From: Saprospiraceae bacterium
Lineage (GTDB): Bacteria; Bacteroidota; Bacteroidia; Chitinophagales; Saprospiraceae
Reading direction: 5' to 3'
DNA length: 64,000 nucleotides
Assembly: GCA_041392555.1 (NCBI GenBank)
Contig: JAWKLW010000005.1
Span: forward strand, 4,080-68,079
Both the position numbers and the translations under genes were made by a program. The notes beneath the pieces are model-generated. The model had not been told where the DNA came from, did not search any database, and saw only the letters and a program-made list of their open reading frames with translations. Shown piece by piece: positions 1-12,269 of the stretch (positions are counted from its first letter, which is position 1; each line of letters opens with the position of its first letter).

Positions 1-422
1 TTTTTGTAATATGTCAATCTATTTATATCTCCTTCAAAATTTAATGGTAATGTAATGCCGGAAACCGGGTCAGTTTCATGTAATTTAGAGCCACTATTTT
101 CATAACATTTATTATTATAAAAATAATATGAACTATAAGTATTAATTAATCCACTACCTACATAGATCTGATTACCATCCTCTTTTTCAACTACTTGAAA
201 ATTTTTCGTATTAATATCTAATATCCCAATATAATCACCAAAATCAAACCATTTAATACTGTCGATACCGATTTGATCATCCAAAGCCGAAGTCCATTTT
301 ACGTTGAAATAATCATTAACAGCAATCTCACAGTTTTCTGAATTTACCGTACCGAGATCAGGTTTGACACAACTACTAAAAGTTGTTAACAAGATAATAA
401 AAAATACTGAAATTCGAATCAT
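1..422 (-). CDS. hypothetical lipoprotein (C-terminal part runs off the window)
   Basis: Reverse-strand ATG at 422..420 followed by MIRISVFFIILLTTFSSC (signal peptide plus lipobox Cys). The frame stays open to the window edge. It is absent from the ORF track because it is truncated. Confidence 0.45.
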   Translation of the reverse strand, partial: MIRISVFFIILLTTFSSCVKPDLGTVNSENCEIAVNDYFNVKWTSALDDQIGIDSIKWFDFGDYIGILDINTKNFQVVEKEDGNQIYVGSGLINTYSSYYFYNNKCYENSGSKLHETDPVSGITLPLNFEGDINRLTYYK

Positions 423-706
423 AACATTAGATTTTGATTTTCAAAAACATAATTTCATTTTCCCTCAAACAAATTTACATAAATTCATTGAAATATTTAG
501 CTATAATATTGAATTTTAACATAAATTCAATATCAATTCGGATTATATCAAAATTTTAATTAATGCATTTTATTATTTATTACAAATTTTAGCCCTATTT
601 TATGCTCACCCTATTTCAATTTAAGGCATAAAAATTAAAAATATTGAGCTATAAATATTATCTTTGTAAGTAATAACGAATTGTACTTAAACCAAACATC
701 CTAACC

Positions 707-2245
707 ATGAAACTCAAACCCAATGATGAAATAACACTCAAAAAAAGAGGTATTTCTGGCAGAACAAAGAGATGAACAATTGAATTATTTCAGGACTGGT
801 TTCCCTTATCTGGAGATCAAGGATGCTGCTTCGATTGATAATGGTATATTGAAGACCTACCGAACAAGAGATAGAAAAATATCTTGCCGATTGGGAAAAA
901 TATCTTGAGTCGATGCATCAGTTATTAAATTCGTACCTGCATCAGGTGCTGCCAGCCGAATGTTCAAAGATTTGTTTGAATTTCTGGAAAAAGACAATGA
1001 CTCCCCTACTACCCAGTTTGAAAATAATTTTTTCGATGATATAGAGAAATTTGCTTTTTACAATGACCTTAACAATATATGCCTGAAAAATGAAGGTAAA
1101 AATATAGATCAATTAAAAAAGAACAAAATTACAAAGCTATAGTTTCCAACCTTTTAACAGAATCAGGATTAAATTACGGAGCACTACCAAAAGGGCTGTT
1201 AAAATTCCATAACTATGGCGATGCCAAAAGAACACCTTTGCATGAACACCTTGTGGAAGGTGCTTTGTATGCAAAAAATAATTCCAATAAGGTAAATCTG
1301 CACTTTACAGTTTCATCTGAGCACCGAAATTTATTTGAAAAACATCTGGAAGATTCTAAACCTGACTTTGAAAAAACTCATGGAGTAAACTACAACATAG
1401 GATTTTCAGAACAAAAACCTTCGACCGATACTTTAGCAGCAGATTCTGATAATAACCCATTCAGGGAAAATGATGAATTGCTATTCCGTCCCGGAGGTCA
1501 TGGTGCACTGATAGCTAATCTCAATGATATCGATGCCGATGTAATATTTATTAAAAACATAGACAATATTGTCCCTGATTCCTTGAAAGAGACTACAGTA
1601 AAATACAAAAAACTGATAGCCGGCATTCTCGTTGATATACAAAAACAGACTTTTGAATACTTGAATGAACTTGAAAATGAAAATATTTCTAAAGACAAAT
1701 TAGAAGAAATATCAGAATTTTGCGAAAAGAAATTAAACAATATTCCTTCAGACAATTCATTGGAAGGCAAGGAACTCATCGAATATCTCACATCCAAATT
1801 GAATCGTCCCATTAGAGTATGTGGAATGGTTCCAAATGTAGGTGAGCCAGGTGGAGGTCCTTTCATAGCTCGCAATGCTGATGGCACTTATTCTCCGCAG
1901 ATATTGGAAAGCTCACAGATAAGTAATGACAATATTGATATCATGAAGACATCGACACATTTCAACCCTGTGGACTTAGTATGTGCAGTAAGAGACTACA
2001 AAGGCAATAAATTCAATCTTCAGGATTATGTCGATAAAAATACGGGCTTCATCTCCATCAAATCAAAAAGCGGTAAGGAATTAAAAGCTCTCGAATTACC
2101 TGGACTTTGGAATGGTGCCATGAGTGATTGGAACACCATTTTCGTTGAAGTTCCTATCGAAACATTAACCTGTAAACTGTTAATGATTTGCTTTAGAAAG
2201 AACATCAATAGTAAACAACCATTATCAGCTTTTACTAAATTATGA
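707..2245 (+). pseudogene. DUF4301-family protein (nucleotidyltransferase-like), multiply frameshifted
   Basis: ATG at 707. The pieces include the KFVPASGAASRMFKDLFEF motif (ORF 960..1142) and LFRPGGHGALI (ORF 1238..2245). The tail reads ETLTCKLLM where ETFNPVKTVNDLL would result from restoring three homopolymer contractions around 2160-2185. Confidence 0.6.
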
Positions 2246-2311
2246 ATAATTTGCAATAAATCTGATTGAGTTATAAATATCCAATAACTCTATATGAGGA
2301 ATATCCTTTAC

Positions 2312-4438
2312 TTAGTATTTACTAATTTCATTTCCTGCAATAGTTACTGTCGAATCGCTAAATGTCTTGATAATAAAGAGGATATATCTGCCATCTACCA
2401 TTATATCCTGCATATTGCAAGGTCATAATACAAATCGTCATTGTACCCTCCTAAACTCTATCGAAATTGATACCTACAAAATTTCCTTTGGCATCTAAAA
2501 CTCAAGCCATTGCCACCGGTTGTATGATTAGTACCGATATAATAGCTCAACAGAACCAGTCTTTTCAAATTCACCAAAATCTCCTTTTCATAGACCTCAA
2601 GCACCAGCAGGAATATCGAACTCATAATCCCCGTGGGAATATTTCATCACACCTTCCAGATGAGTAAATGGTTCATAATATACCGCATCTGAGGCTATAC
2701 TCACCTGCCCATGCGATCCTCAAAGTACTATTAGCATCAGGGAAGAATTTTCTTTTCGAAACACTTCAAGTTGAGCCAGCATATATCTCTTCTGCAATGA
2801 ATCTATTGTTTGTTCCAATCTATTATATTCAGGAGCTATTTATCATTATTCAATTCATTGACTTCATTGGCAAATTGATATGCCACATCATTATTTAGCT
2901 GCTCAAAAACATTTTTTAGCATCATCAGATTCCAATACTTTTTTCAAACTATCAACATTTATAAATTTAGAACTATAAACATTATTGGTAAAAATATCAA
3001 AATCCTCATCAGTATTTAAATTATTTAATGGTTCAGGAATAAATTTTTCTTCTCAGATGAATTCTATATAGGATTGATAAAGCTTTAAAAATCTTTATCT
3101 ATCACAGTATCCATTTGAGAATAAATTCCTGAAATATTATGGTATCAGCCTTGATTTGTATTCATTATATGCTTCAATACCATTATTTTCATATATTTTT
3201 GCAATCTTGAAGTCAAACTCATGATTCTGACAAAATCCAAATTTCTCACATAGGTCTCATAGATTTTATTTTCTGCAAGCAGATAATCTTTATAATCACC
3301 ATAAACTGAACAAAACTCCGTCAATAATTTACCATATTTGCTTTCAAGTTCAGGATGTTGCTTTAATTTCTCACTGAATAATTCCTCATATTCCATTTTC
3401 TTCTCAACAGCATCAGTATTATTGATACCCTGGTTTTCTCTATCCATTTCTTCCAATAATTGGCAATACCTGCAAATTTTGAAGCTAATTTCAATTTTGT
3501 TGCTTCATCTTTCCTCATATATTTATCCATGATACCCAATGCTACTTCTCTTATATTTATCAATTCAGGATCGAGTTTATTGGCTATCAGGTCAACTCCC
3601 AATGCAGGCAAATACTCTTGTGTAGTTCGGGAAAACCAAAAACCATTGTAAAATCATTTTCTTCTAATCCGCCTTTTGAAACTGGAAGATAATATTTGGA
3701 TTTATAAGGTATATTTTCATCAGAATATTCTGCCGGATTGTTATTCTTATCGGCATATATTCTAAATATAGAAAAATCTGCATTATGTCTTGGCCACATC
3801 CAATTATCGGTATCAGCACCGAATTTTCCCACAGCTTCCGGAGCCACTCCTACTAATCTGATATCTTTGAAAATCAAATTTTTGAATAGATAATATTTAT
3901 TCCCATAATAAAATGGCTTTATTTCGATGGTATGAAATGCATCCTCAGTGTACCTGCTCTTTACTCTATTTATATTCAAATCCACAACAGATTGAGATTC
4001 AGCCATACTCATATCATCATTGACCCCCGACAATATCTCATCAGTTACATCAATTATCTGCTCCACAAATGTCACTGTCATGCCATTTGCAGGCAACTCT
4101 TCATCAAAAGACTCTGCCCAAAATCCATTTTGTAACAGATTATTTTCCACTGTACTCAACCTCTGAATAGAACCATAACCACAGTGATGATTTGTTATTA
4201 TCAAACCCTGATTTGAAATCACACTTCCGGTACATCCTCCTCCAAATTTCACTATCGCATCTTTGATAGAGGGTTCTGTTTCATTGTATATTTTATCTGC
4301 TTTAATCTTAAGTCCCAATTTTTTCATATCCTTTTCAGTCTGACCTTTTAACTCACTTGGAAGCCACATTCCTCCCTGACTGAAAACTGAAAATTGAAAA
4401 ATCAATTGAATTATAAGAATGGAGAGAACTTTGCGCAT
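2312..4438 (-). pseudogene. S46 family dipeptidyl-peptidase (DPP7/DPP11-like), at least 4 frame disruptions
   Basis: The N-terminal ORF 3587..4534 has a signal peptide (MRKVLSILIIQ from 4438) and GGCTGSVISNQGLIITNHHC. It continues through ORFs 3363..3611 and 3145..3456, then in shifting frames to ...ILFIIKTFSDSTVTIAGNEISKY-stop at 2312. The C-terminal TTGGN...VLDAKGNFVGINFD block is visible. Confidence 0.7.
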
Positions 4439-4634
4439 GATATTGGTGTATTTGATTAAATTACTAAAAGACATTAAACCTAATTTGAAAGCTAAATAAT
4501 TTTTCAATTTAGGATAAATATTATTTTTTTTCAATATTAAAAGTGATTTTCATATATATTTGTTCATCAAAAATTGATTTTAAGTACTTTTATTTTCATA
4601 ATAAAATTATCTTTACATAATAATAACTATAAAT

Positions 4635-5114
4635 ATGTCTTTGGAAATTGAAAGAAAATTCTTAGTAAAAGGTGATTTTAAAAGTCATTCACATTCATCT
4701 GAAATAATAAAACAAGGTTATATCTCAACAATTCCGGAACGGTCTGTAAGGATAAGAATCCAGGGAGAAATTGCATTCCTGACAATTAAGGGAATAGGTA
4801 ATAAATCCGGAACTTCAAGGTTGGAGTGGGAAAAAGAAATCAGTATTGATGATGCCGAAATCCTTTTGCAAATATGTGAACCTGGAATGATAGAAAAAAC
4901 CAGATATCTCATCAATTTTAGAGAACATACATTTGAAGTAGATGAATTTCATGGCTACAATAATGGTTTAGTGGTAGCTGAAGTTGAGTTGGAAGATGAA
5001 AACGAAGAAATCATACTACCCGATTGGATTGGAAAAGAAGTAACCGGTGACGAAAAATATTATAATATTATGCTTATGAAATTCCCCTACTCTACTTGGG
5101 AAAGAGACTTTTAA
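4635..5114 (+). CDS. CYTH domain-containing protein
   Basis: An intact 159-aa ORF with an N-terminal EIERKFLV signature and acidic strands (VAEVELEDE) typical of CYTH/CyaB-ThTPase proteins. Confidence 0.75.
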   Translation: MSLEIERKFLVKGDFKSHSHSSEIIKQGYISTIPERSVRIRIQGEIAFLTIKGIGNKSGTSRLEWEKEISIDDAEILLQICEPGMIEKTRYLINFREHTFEVDEFHGYNNGLVVAEVELEDENEEIILPDWIGKEVTGDEKYYNIMLMKFPYSTWERDF

Positions 5115-5316
5115 AGTGAATAAGAATTAATTGTTATATTTTAATCCTCATTCCATAAATTAAATATTTTAGCACTTTAGTAGTAAAATCCATTACCTTC
5201 ATCTAATTTTTGGAATTCCATTGAATTTTTTACCCCTAAATAGCATTATATAAGTACCATTGAGAAACAAATGGAAATGAATGTTAAATAATTTATTCAC
5301 AATAAAATCATGAACA

Positions 5317-5592
5317 ATGTCAAAGAAAAATGAATTTTTAAATTTAGTAGGAGGTATTTTTATCGGTGCAGCAGTAGGAATATTATTAGCTCCTGAATCA
5401 GGAAATAAAACAAGAAAAAAGTTAAAAAAGAAATTTGATGAGATAAAGGATAATGCCGTTGATTATGGTGAATCCAAAGCTTCAGAATTATTACATAAAA
5501 CAGATAAGTATGTAGATGAGCTAAAAACTAAAATCAAAAATCTTGAAGATCAGATAAATTATCAAAAAGAAAAATTTGAAAAAGAACTGTAA
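5317..5592 (+). CDS. YtxH domain-containing protein
   Basis: 91 aa. A GGIFIGAAVGILLAPESGNKTRKKL N-terminal helix is followed by a coiled-coil tail. Confidence 0.7.
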   Translation: MSKKNEFLNLVGGIFIGAAVGILLAPESGNKTRKKLKKKFDEIKDNAVDYGESKASELLHKTDKYVDELKTKIKNLEDQINYQKEKFEKEL

Positions 5593-5697
5593 AACTTCAA
5601 TATTTTGACATTTTTTTATTCTGATTACAAATCAACATTTCAATTTATTATCCATAGATTGAAATGTTGATTTTATTAATTTGCAAACTATTTCAAA

Positions 5698-5997
5698 ATG
5701 GAAAACAGAACTCTCAAGGACTTTTATAATGAAATGACAGAATTGATAATTAAATATATTAATTCTTACATAGTTTTATTCAAACTGGAGATAACAGAAA
5801 AACTTGTAAAATTAGGCTCTTCCATTGTATCTGTATTTATCATATTGATATTCTTTTTTTCTATATTTCTGTTGCTTTCATTTTCATTGGCTTTTTGGTT
5901 AGGTTCTTTATTCGGTTCATTGAGTTTAGGATTTTTGGCTTCAGCAGGAATTGACTTAGTATTATTGGCGATATTAATACTACTGAAAACACATTGA
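5698..5997 (+). CDS. small two-TM membrane protein (Holin-X/DUF1469-like, commonly found after ytxH)
   Basis: 99 aa with two hydrophobic helices. It sits directly downstream of the YtxH gene. Confidence 0.5.
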   Translation: MENRTLKDFYNEMTELIIKYINSYIVLFKLEITEKLVKLGSSIVSVFIILIFFFSIFLLLSFSLAFWLGSLFGSLSLGFLASAGIDLVLLAILILLKTH

Positions 5998-6378
5998 TAG
6001 TGAAACCAATGATCAAAAACTTAAAGAAAATACTATTTTGATTTCTTGAAATGAATCTAATATGAAAAATTACTCTCCAAATATTAATTCTCTGATGATA
6101 TAAAAAAGAAAAGATACGAATCAAAAGAATATCAATAGTACTGAGTTTGAAATCAAGCATCGGGTTAAAAACATATCAGGAATAGGCAACAAAGTGATTC
6201 ATCAGAGCATTCAAACCACGGGTAAAGGAATATCTAATCAAAAGATTGATAAATTATTTTAATTGATTAATGATATTGTTATTCCTTAATTAATATTTTA
6301 AATTTCTTATCTTTGTCTTATATGTCATCTTTCAATTACTGCTGGCATATAATATTAATCATAAAAAACAAATTATAA

Positions 6379-7666
6379 TTGGCTAAAACAGGTAAAATTG
6401 GACTTATTGGAGCCATGTCCATTGGTATAGGTGGAATGGTAGGTGGAGGTATATTTGCTGTACTCGGACTATCTGTAACACTGGCAAAAGGAGCTGCTCC
6501 TGTAGCATTTTTGATTGCTGGAATTATCACTTTGATAACATCATACAGTTATGTTCACCTTTCTCTGAAATACAATAACGGGGAGGCACAGTAAAATTTA
6601 TAAACCAAGGATTCGGAACAAATGTATTCAGTGGTTCAATAAACAATCTGCTATGGTTGAGTTATATCATCATGCTGTCATTGTATTCTTCAGCTTTTGG
6701 TTCTTATGCTCCCAATTTATATTCGATTGTTGACCCTAAAACCGATTTCCACATCTATGCATCATTGATTATAATTATTGCAACAGTTATCAATTACTTC
6801 AGCGTAAAGGTAGTCAGTGACATTGAATCATTTGCAGTGATAATAAAAATTAATAATACTCGTTTTATTTACTATGATAGGAGGATATGGACTATTACAA
6901 AGTGATTATACCGGACAATTAATGCCTTCCACATGGGAAAATCCACTTATGATATTTGCAGGGGGAATGGTGATATTTGTGGCTTATGAAGGATTTGAAT
7001 TGATTGCAAATGCAACTCCGGATATAGTCAATCCTCAAAAAAATATTCCCAGAGCTTATTATTATTCAGTGATATTTGTCATCATTCTTTATATTGTAAT
7101 AGCATTAGTCACAGTCGGCTCTTTATCATTTGACCAGATTATAAAATCCAAAGATTATGTACTTGCAGAAGCAGCAAACCAATGCTCGGCAATCCAGGAT
7201 TTACCATAATAACCATTGCAGCTCTCCTTTCAACATTTTCTGCTTAATCAACTATTTATGGAAGTACTAAGGTAAGCTATGAAATAGCTGAAGATGAAGA
7301 ACTGCCTTCTCACTTTACAAGTACATTGTGGAATCAACTATAGGTTTATTGGTAACATCCATCGCCACACTTATCATTACCAATTTACTAAATATCGAAA
7401 GCATATCCATAGCTGGAAGTATAGGTTTTTTACTCATTTTTGCTTTTGTAAATTACGCAGGTTTTAGGCTGAGTAAAGATATGAACTCAAAAAAAACCAT
7501 ACATTTGATTGGATTCTTTTTATGTGAAATTGCTATTGTGGTGTTATTAGTAACTCAATTCTCTACTAATAAGACAGGAGTACTGGTTTCATTTTTAATC
7601 ATACTCACTTCATTTGTAGCTGAATGGTATTACAGAAAAATAGTTTTGAAGGATAAAGCGAATTAA
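6379..7666 (+). pseudogene. APC-family amino acid permease, split into at least 4 frames
   Basis: Collinear ORFs 6379..6594, 6657..6905, 6874..7209 and 7328..7666 are all polytopic membrane segments. GAMSIGIGGMVGGGIFAVLG is the typical permease N-terminus. Confidence 0.65.
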
Positions 7667-7675
7667 AACACTCGA

Positions 7676-9774
7676 CTATTTCAATACTGTTACATCGCCG
7701 GAAAACTCTCTTATTACCATCAATATCGGTACATTCTATTATATAGACATAAACACCAGGAGACACTGCATCCCTTAAAACTTACCATTCCAATAGATGT
7801 ATTTATCATCATTTATTTCAGTTATCAATTCACCCCATCTATCGAAAATCATGGCATTGACACTTGAAGACAAATAATCAGAAAGATTGACATACCAAGT
7901 ATCATTGTAACCATCTCCATTAGGAGTAAATATATTAGGTATAACAGTAATTATGACAACATTTTGGAAGTAGTATCAGAACACCCGAATTCATTTTGAG
8001 CTACCAGTGTTACTACATATCCCTTGCAGGCAGGTTAAGATTTGTGTAATTATGTGTGATTGAATTTCCGGTATAACTATATCCATCACCCATATCCCAA
8101 TAATAATCTACATCATTTTCCTCGTAAATATTGGCGCTAACCAGACTATTTCCTTGACTAATTTCTCTTGGCGAAAGGTTGAAATCAGAATAAGTAACCT
8201 TATATACATTTACTGAAACTTCATCTTCTTTAGTACAACCATTTTCATTTATCCCCACTACACTATAATTACCTGTTTCACTCACATAAATACTTGAAAT
8301 GGTATCACCAGTACTCCAGGCATAAGTTGATGCACCTAAGCAGATAACACTACAGTATCCCCTGCACAAGCTTCAAGAGCACCATCGATACTAAAATCCC
8401 AGTATTTATCTTCATTTACAGAGAAAATATATAGTATCTGAAATACATCCTGTAGAATGTCCTACCATCCAAAAATCTCCTCCGGATCACCTACTGTTAT
8501 ATTATCATCATGAGAGCCATCACTCCAATCATATATAGCTGCCCCATAAGCATTTATTTCCACTTCCTCTCCCCGGACAATATATACTATCACCCTCCAC
8601 TCCAACCAATGGTGGAGAAAATGATTCTACAACTTTTTCTATTGTGTCAGTACAATTAGAGGGTGTATTATACACGACTAAAGTGACATTATGCAAGCCT
8701 GAAGTTTCAAAGCTATATTCAGGATTTGAGCTATAAGATGTATTTCCGTCATTAAAATCCCACATATATTCAAGTCCTCCATAATTGGTACCGATAAATT
8801 AATAAATTTTACTGTATTGGATTGGCAGTCGAGCATCTCACTGTCAAACGATGCTGAAGGCTCATATTTTATCACATTAGTTTTCATCTCCACATCGCAT
8901 CCTGTGGCTGAAGTCATTTTACAAGTATATTTGACACTTGATTGTGGATTTTCAATTTCCACTTCCCTTTCATCGCTTGAGAAACTACCATCTGAAGCAG
9001 TCCATTCATATTTTCAAAACCATCCGTATGCATCAAGAAACCAGCAATGCTATCCTGACTACAATATTTCACTGTCAATTCAGGAGGTTGGCATGTTGCA
9101 ACAAAATAAGCATAACCATAATGCTTCAGGTGAGTACAATCGGCTGCTAAAAATTCAATTGTTATTGTCCTTCCTATATATGCACTCAAATCAGCACCCA
9201 CTGTTGTCCAATCTCTCCACACCACCGGGTCACTCTGATTGGAAAGCTGATATGTTTCAAAACTTCCGCTTAGAGATGCTTCAGTGGCATAGACATCATA
9301 ATTGGAACAATCCTCTATCTCCTCATCATTTTCATCATATAATGTAATTTTGAATCTCGGCTCCTCCCATACCTCATGATTATTGGTTGGGTCAAGAAAA
9401 ACCACAGCAAATTTATAGATAATCAGAGCATTGGAGGAATCGATAAGCAGACTATATCTCAAAGTAGCAACAGAAGTATTGTTTATCAAATCACCTAATC
9501 GGGCAGAATATTCAAATCCATCAGGTATTACTTTAAGCTTATTTCCAGTATTAGAATCATATGCAGACTGATCTGTCATAATGGTTTGCATATCATAACT
9601 CAATACAGGATCAGTAGATTGAACTTGCGAAATAGTACTATTTACCCAAGTATATCCTGTCCAATTTTTAAAATCACCATTTGAAAAATCCAGATTTTCA
9701 CAATGACTATTCTGAGCATTTACACTGACAAATGAAAATAATATTATCAGTAAACTGTAGATTGATTTATTCAT
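7676..9774 (-). pseudogene. T9SS type B (gliding-motility C-terminal domain) surface protein with PKD/Ig-like repeats, multiply frameshifted
   Basis: Signal peptide MNKSIYSLLIILFSFVSVNAQ at 9774. Collinear ORFs are 8914..9774, 8678..8962, 8529..8765 and 8013..8369. The C-terminus reads ...NAMIFDRWGELITEIN...YIYWNGK...PGVYVYIIECTDIDGN..REFSGDVTVLK-stop at 7676. Confidence 0.65.
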
Positions 9775-9917
9775 TTTGTAAAAATATTATATTTATAAGA
9801 CTATACCTATATTTTCACTAAAATGGTTTCATAAATATAAAAAATTTAAAAATCTTTTAAATTACAGATCGAATAAGATATTTTTTTCTCACTTTTGTAA
9901 AATAAATTAATTAAAAT

Positions 9918-10256
9918 ATGGCAAATATTAAAAATTGTGAAAGTTTAGATCAGTTCAATAGCATAATAGAAGAGGAAAGTGGCATTTTATTTTATTTTTC
10001 TCATGAAGAATGCAATGTATGCAAAGTTTTGAAACCCAAAATTGCAGAACTGTTGACTGAAAAATTTCCATCTATGTCATTATATTATTGCGATACAGTG
10101 AAAACTCCTGAGATAGCTGGACAAAATAGTATTTTCGCAGTACCAACGATTTTAGTATATTTCGAAGGAAGAGAATATATCAGAGTAAGCAGGAATATAA
10201 GTATCGAATCATTAGAAAATCAAATAGACAGGTATTATAGCATGGTATTTGAATAA
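9918..10256 (+). CDS. thioredoxin-family protein
   Basis: 112 aa with a CNVC (CxxC) motif at the expected position and FAVPTILVYF downstream. Confidence 0.65.
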   Translation: MANIKNCESLDQFNSIIEEESGILFYFSHEECNVCKVLKPKIAELLTEKFPSMSLYYCDTVKTPEIAGQNSIFAVPTILVYFEGREYIRVSRNISIESLENQIDRYYSMVFE

Positions 10257-10279
10257 ATACTCACAAACTCTTACTCTTT

Positions 10280-11260
10280 ATGAATACATTTGGTAGAATA
10301 TTCAGGATATCTATTTTTGGAGAATCTCATGGAGTTGCGATAGGAGTCACTATCGATGGATGTCCACCCGGTATTGAATTTTCTGAAAGCGATATGCTCC
10401 AAGACCTCGACAGAAGAAAAAGTGGTGCTAAAGGAACTACCCCGAGAAAAGAAAGTGATTTACCAAAAATAATATCTGGAGTTTTCAATGGTAAAACCAC
10501 CGGAAGTCCTATTACTATCATTTTCAATAATGAAAATACAAAATCCTCAGATTACAAATTCCTTAAAGATTCTCCGCGACCAGGGCATTCAGATTTTGTG
10601 GCAAACAAGAAATTCAATGGTTACAATGATTTCCGCGGGGGTGGTCATTTTAGCGGAAGGCTAACTTTGGGACTGGTAGCAGCTGGAAGTATTGCAAAGA
10701 AAATAATTGACCCAATAAATATCAAAGCTAAAATAATAGAAATCGGTGGTTCTACTGATTTTGAAAATACTATCTCCAAAGCAATGGAAAGTGGGGATAG
10801 TGTAGGAGGAATTGTAGAATGCAATTGCGAAAATATCCCTATTGGATTGGGCGAACCATTCTTTGATTCACTGGAATCCAATATCTCACACATGGTTTTT
10901 GCCATTCCTGCTACCAAGGGTATAGAATTCGGTTTGGGATTCGAATCAAGTAAGAGATATGGAAGTGAGGTCAATGATGACATTATCGATGCTTCAGGTC
11001 ATACTGCCACTAATAATAGCGGAGGGATAAATGGTGGTATCAGCAATGGAAATAATCTGTATTTTAGAGTTGCTATAAAACCTGGATCGAGTATTTCAAA
11101 ACCTCAGGACACATTCAATTTTACCGAAAATGAAATTAAATCTCTAAGCATCCAAGGCAGACATGATGCATGTATTGCCCTGAGAGTGCCTCCTGTCCTC
11201 GAAGCTGCCACTGCTATCGTACTTGCCGATATGATGTTATTAAATAAAAGAATCAGTTGA
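10280..11260 (+). CDS. aroC: chorismate synthase
   Basis: FGRIFRISIFGESHG N-terminus, RPGHSDF and GGGHFSGR motifs. Intact 326-aa ORF. Confidence 0.9.
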   Translation: MNTFGRIFRISIFGESHGVAIGVTIDGCPPGIEFSESDMLQDLDRRKSGAKGTTPRKESDLPKIISGVFNGKTTGSPITIIFNNENTKSSDYKFLKDSPRPGHSDFVANKKFNGYNDFRGGGHFSGRLTLGLVAAGSIAKKIIDPINIKAKIIEIGGSTDFENTISKAMESGDSVGGIVECNCENIPIGLGEPFFDSLESNISHMVFAIPATKGIEFGLGFESSKRYGSEVNDDIIDASGHTATNNSGGINGGISNGNNLYFRVAIKPGSSISKPQDTFNFTENEIKSLSIQGRHDACIALRVPPVLEAATAIVLADMMLLNKRIS

Positions 11261-11267
11261 GATACTA

Positions 11268-12266
11268 TTATTTGTATTTATATTTTTTTACAAATTCCTC
11301 ATATTCTTCAACCAATTGCTTTGAACCCAAAATTATTGGGCTTCTTTGATGCAGTGATTTTACTTCGATATCCAATATCCTCTCCATATTGGTATTGATA
11401 GCTTTTCCTCCGGCTTGCTCCACAATCATCGACATAGGATTACACTCATACAATATCCTCAGTTTGCCCGCCGGACTATTTCGTGTATTAGGATACAAAA
11501 ATATTCCTCCCTTTAAGATATTTCTGTGAACATCGGAAACCATACTTCCTATGTATCTCAAACTCCTTTTGGAATCTGAACAGAAATCGATATATCTTCT
11601 CATTTCGAGATCAAATTGCAGATAATATCCCTGATTTACACTGTAATAGTTGATAGTATCAGATATTTTAATATCTTTATGCGAAAGACAAAACTCACCC
11701 AAAGATGGATCCAAAGTGAATCCATTCACTCCATTTCCTGTAGTGTACATCATGATTGTAGAGGTTCCATACAGAATGTAACCGGCAGCTGCTAATTTAT
11801 TTCCCGGCTGAAGAAAATCCTTCAATTCACAGTCCTTACTATGGTCAGATATCCTCCTGTAAATACCGAATATCGTTCCTACGGAAACATTGACATCTAT
11901 ATTGGATGATCCATCAAGCGGATCAACAACCAAAACATATTTGGCATCCTTATTTTCCTTATGAGGCAAATTGATAAAATTCTCAAGCTCTTCGGAAGCA
12001 ATTCCACTGCACTCTCCGCTATTTTCCATATATTCAATGAGCTTAGTATTAGCAAATATATCGAGTTTTTGCACCTCATCTCCGGTTTTATTTTTAGAAC
12101 CTTCAACACCCAATATATTCACAAGTCCTGCCCTGTTTACTTCCCTGTTAACTATCTTAGCTGCCACCCCGATATCTCTAAGCAAACCCGATAATTCACC
12201 TGTAGCAAATGGAAAATCCTTTTGTTTATTTAAAATAAACTCATCTAATGTTGTAATCCTGTTCAT
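11268..12266 (-). CDS. fbp: class 1 fructose-1,6-bisphosphatase
   Basis: 332 aa with ATGELSGLLRDI, VVDPLDGSSNIDVNVSVGTIFGIY and ILYECNPM motifs. Confidence 0.9.
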   Translation of the reverse strand: MNRITTLDEFILNKQKDFPFATGELSGLLRDIGVAAKIVNREVNRAGLVNILGVEGSKNKTGDEVQKLDIFANTKLIEYMENSGECSGIASEELENFINLPHKENKDAKYVLVVDPLDGSSNIDVNVSVGTIFGIYRRISDHSKDCELKDFLQPGNKLAAAGYILYGTSTIMMYTTGNGVNGFTLDPSLGEFCLSHKDIKISDTINYYSVNQGYYLQFDLEMRRYIDFCSDSKRSLRYIGSMVSDVHRNILKGGIFLYPNTRNSPAGKLRILYECNPMSMIVEQAGGKAINTNMERILDIEVKSLHQRSPIILGSKQLVEEYEEFVKKYKYK

Positions 12267-12269
12267 AAT

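Noticed and set aside
1498-1887. Antisense and overlapping ORFs inside confident genes (for example 1498..1887, 10645..10983, 11971..12333, 33157..33363, 36350..36811, 40114..40335, 47535..47863, 56711..57068)
   Set aside because: They are low-complexity translations opposite well-supported genes. No independent start or RBS context or motifs are present.
2467-2898. Plus-strand ORFs 2467..2667 and 2668..2898
   Set aside because: They lie antisense to the clearly recognisable C-terminal part of the S46 peptidase gene, so they are shadow ORFs.
6003-6262. Possible frameshifted small gene after the holin-like gene (MKNYSPNINSL..., later ...EFEIKHRVKNISGIGNKVIHQSIQTTGKGISNQKIDKLF)
   Set aside because: It needs at least one frame repair and has no recognisable motif. 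The evidence is too weak to list it as a feature.
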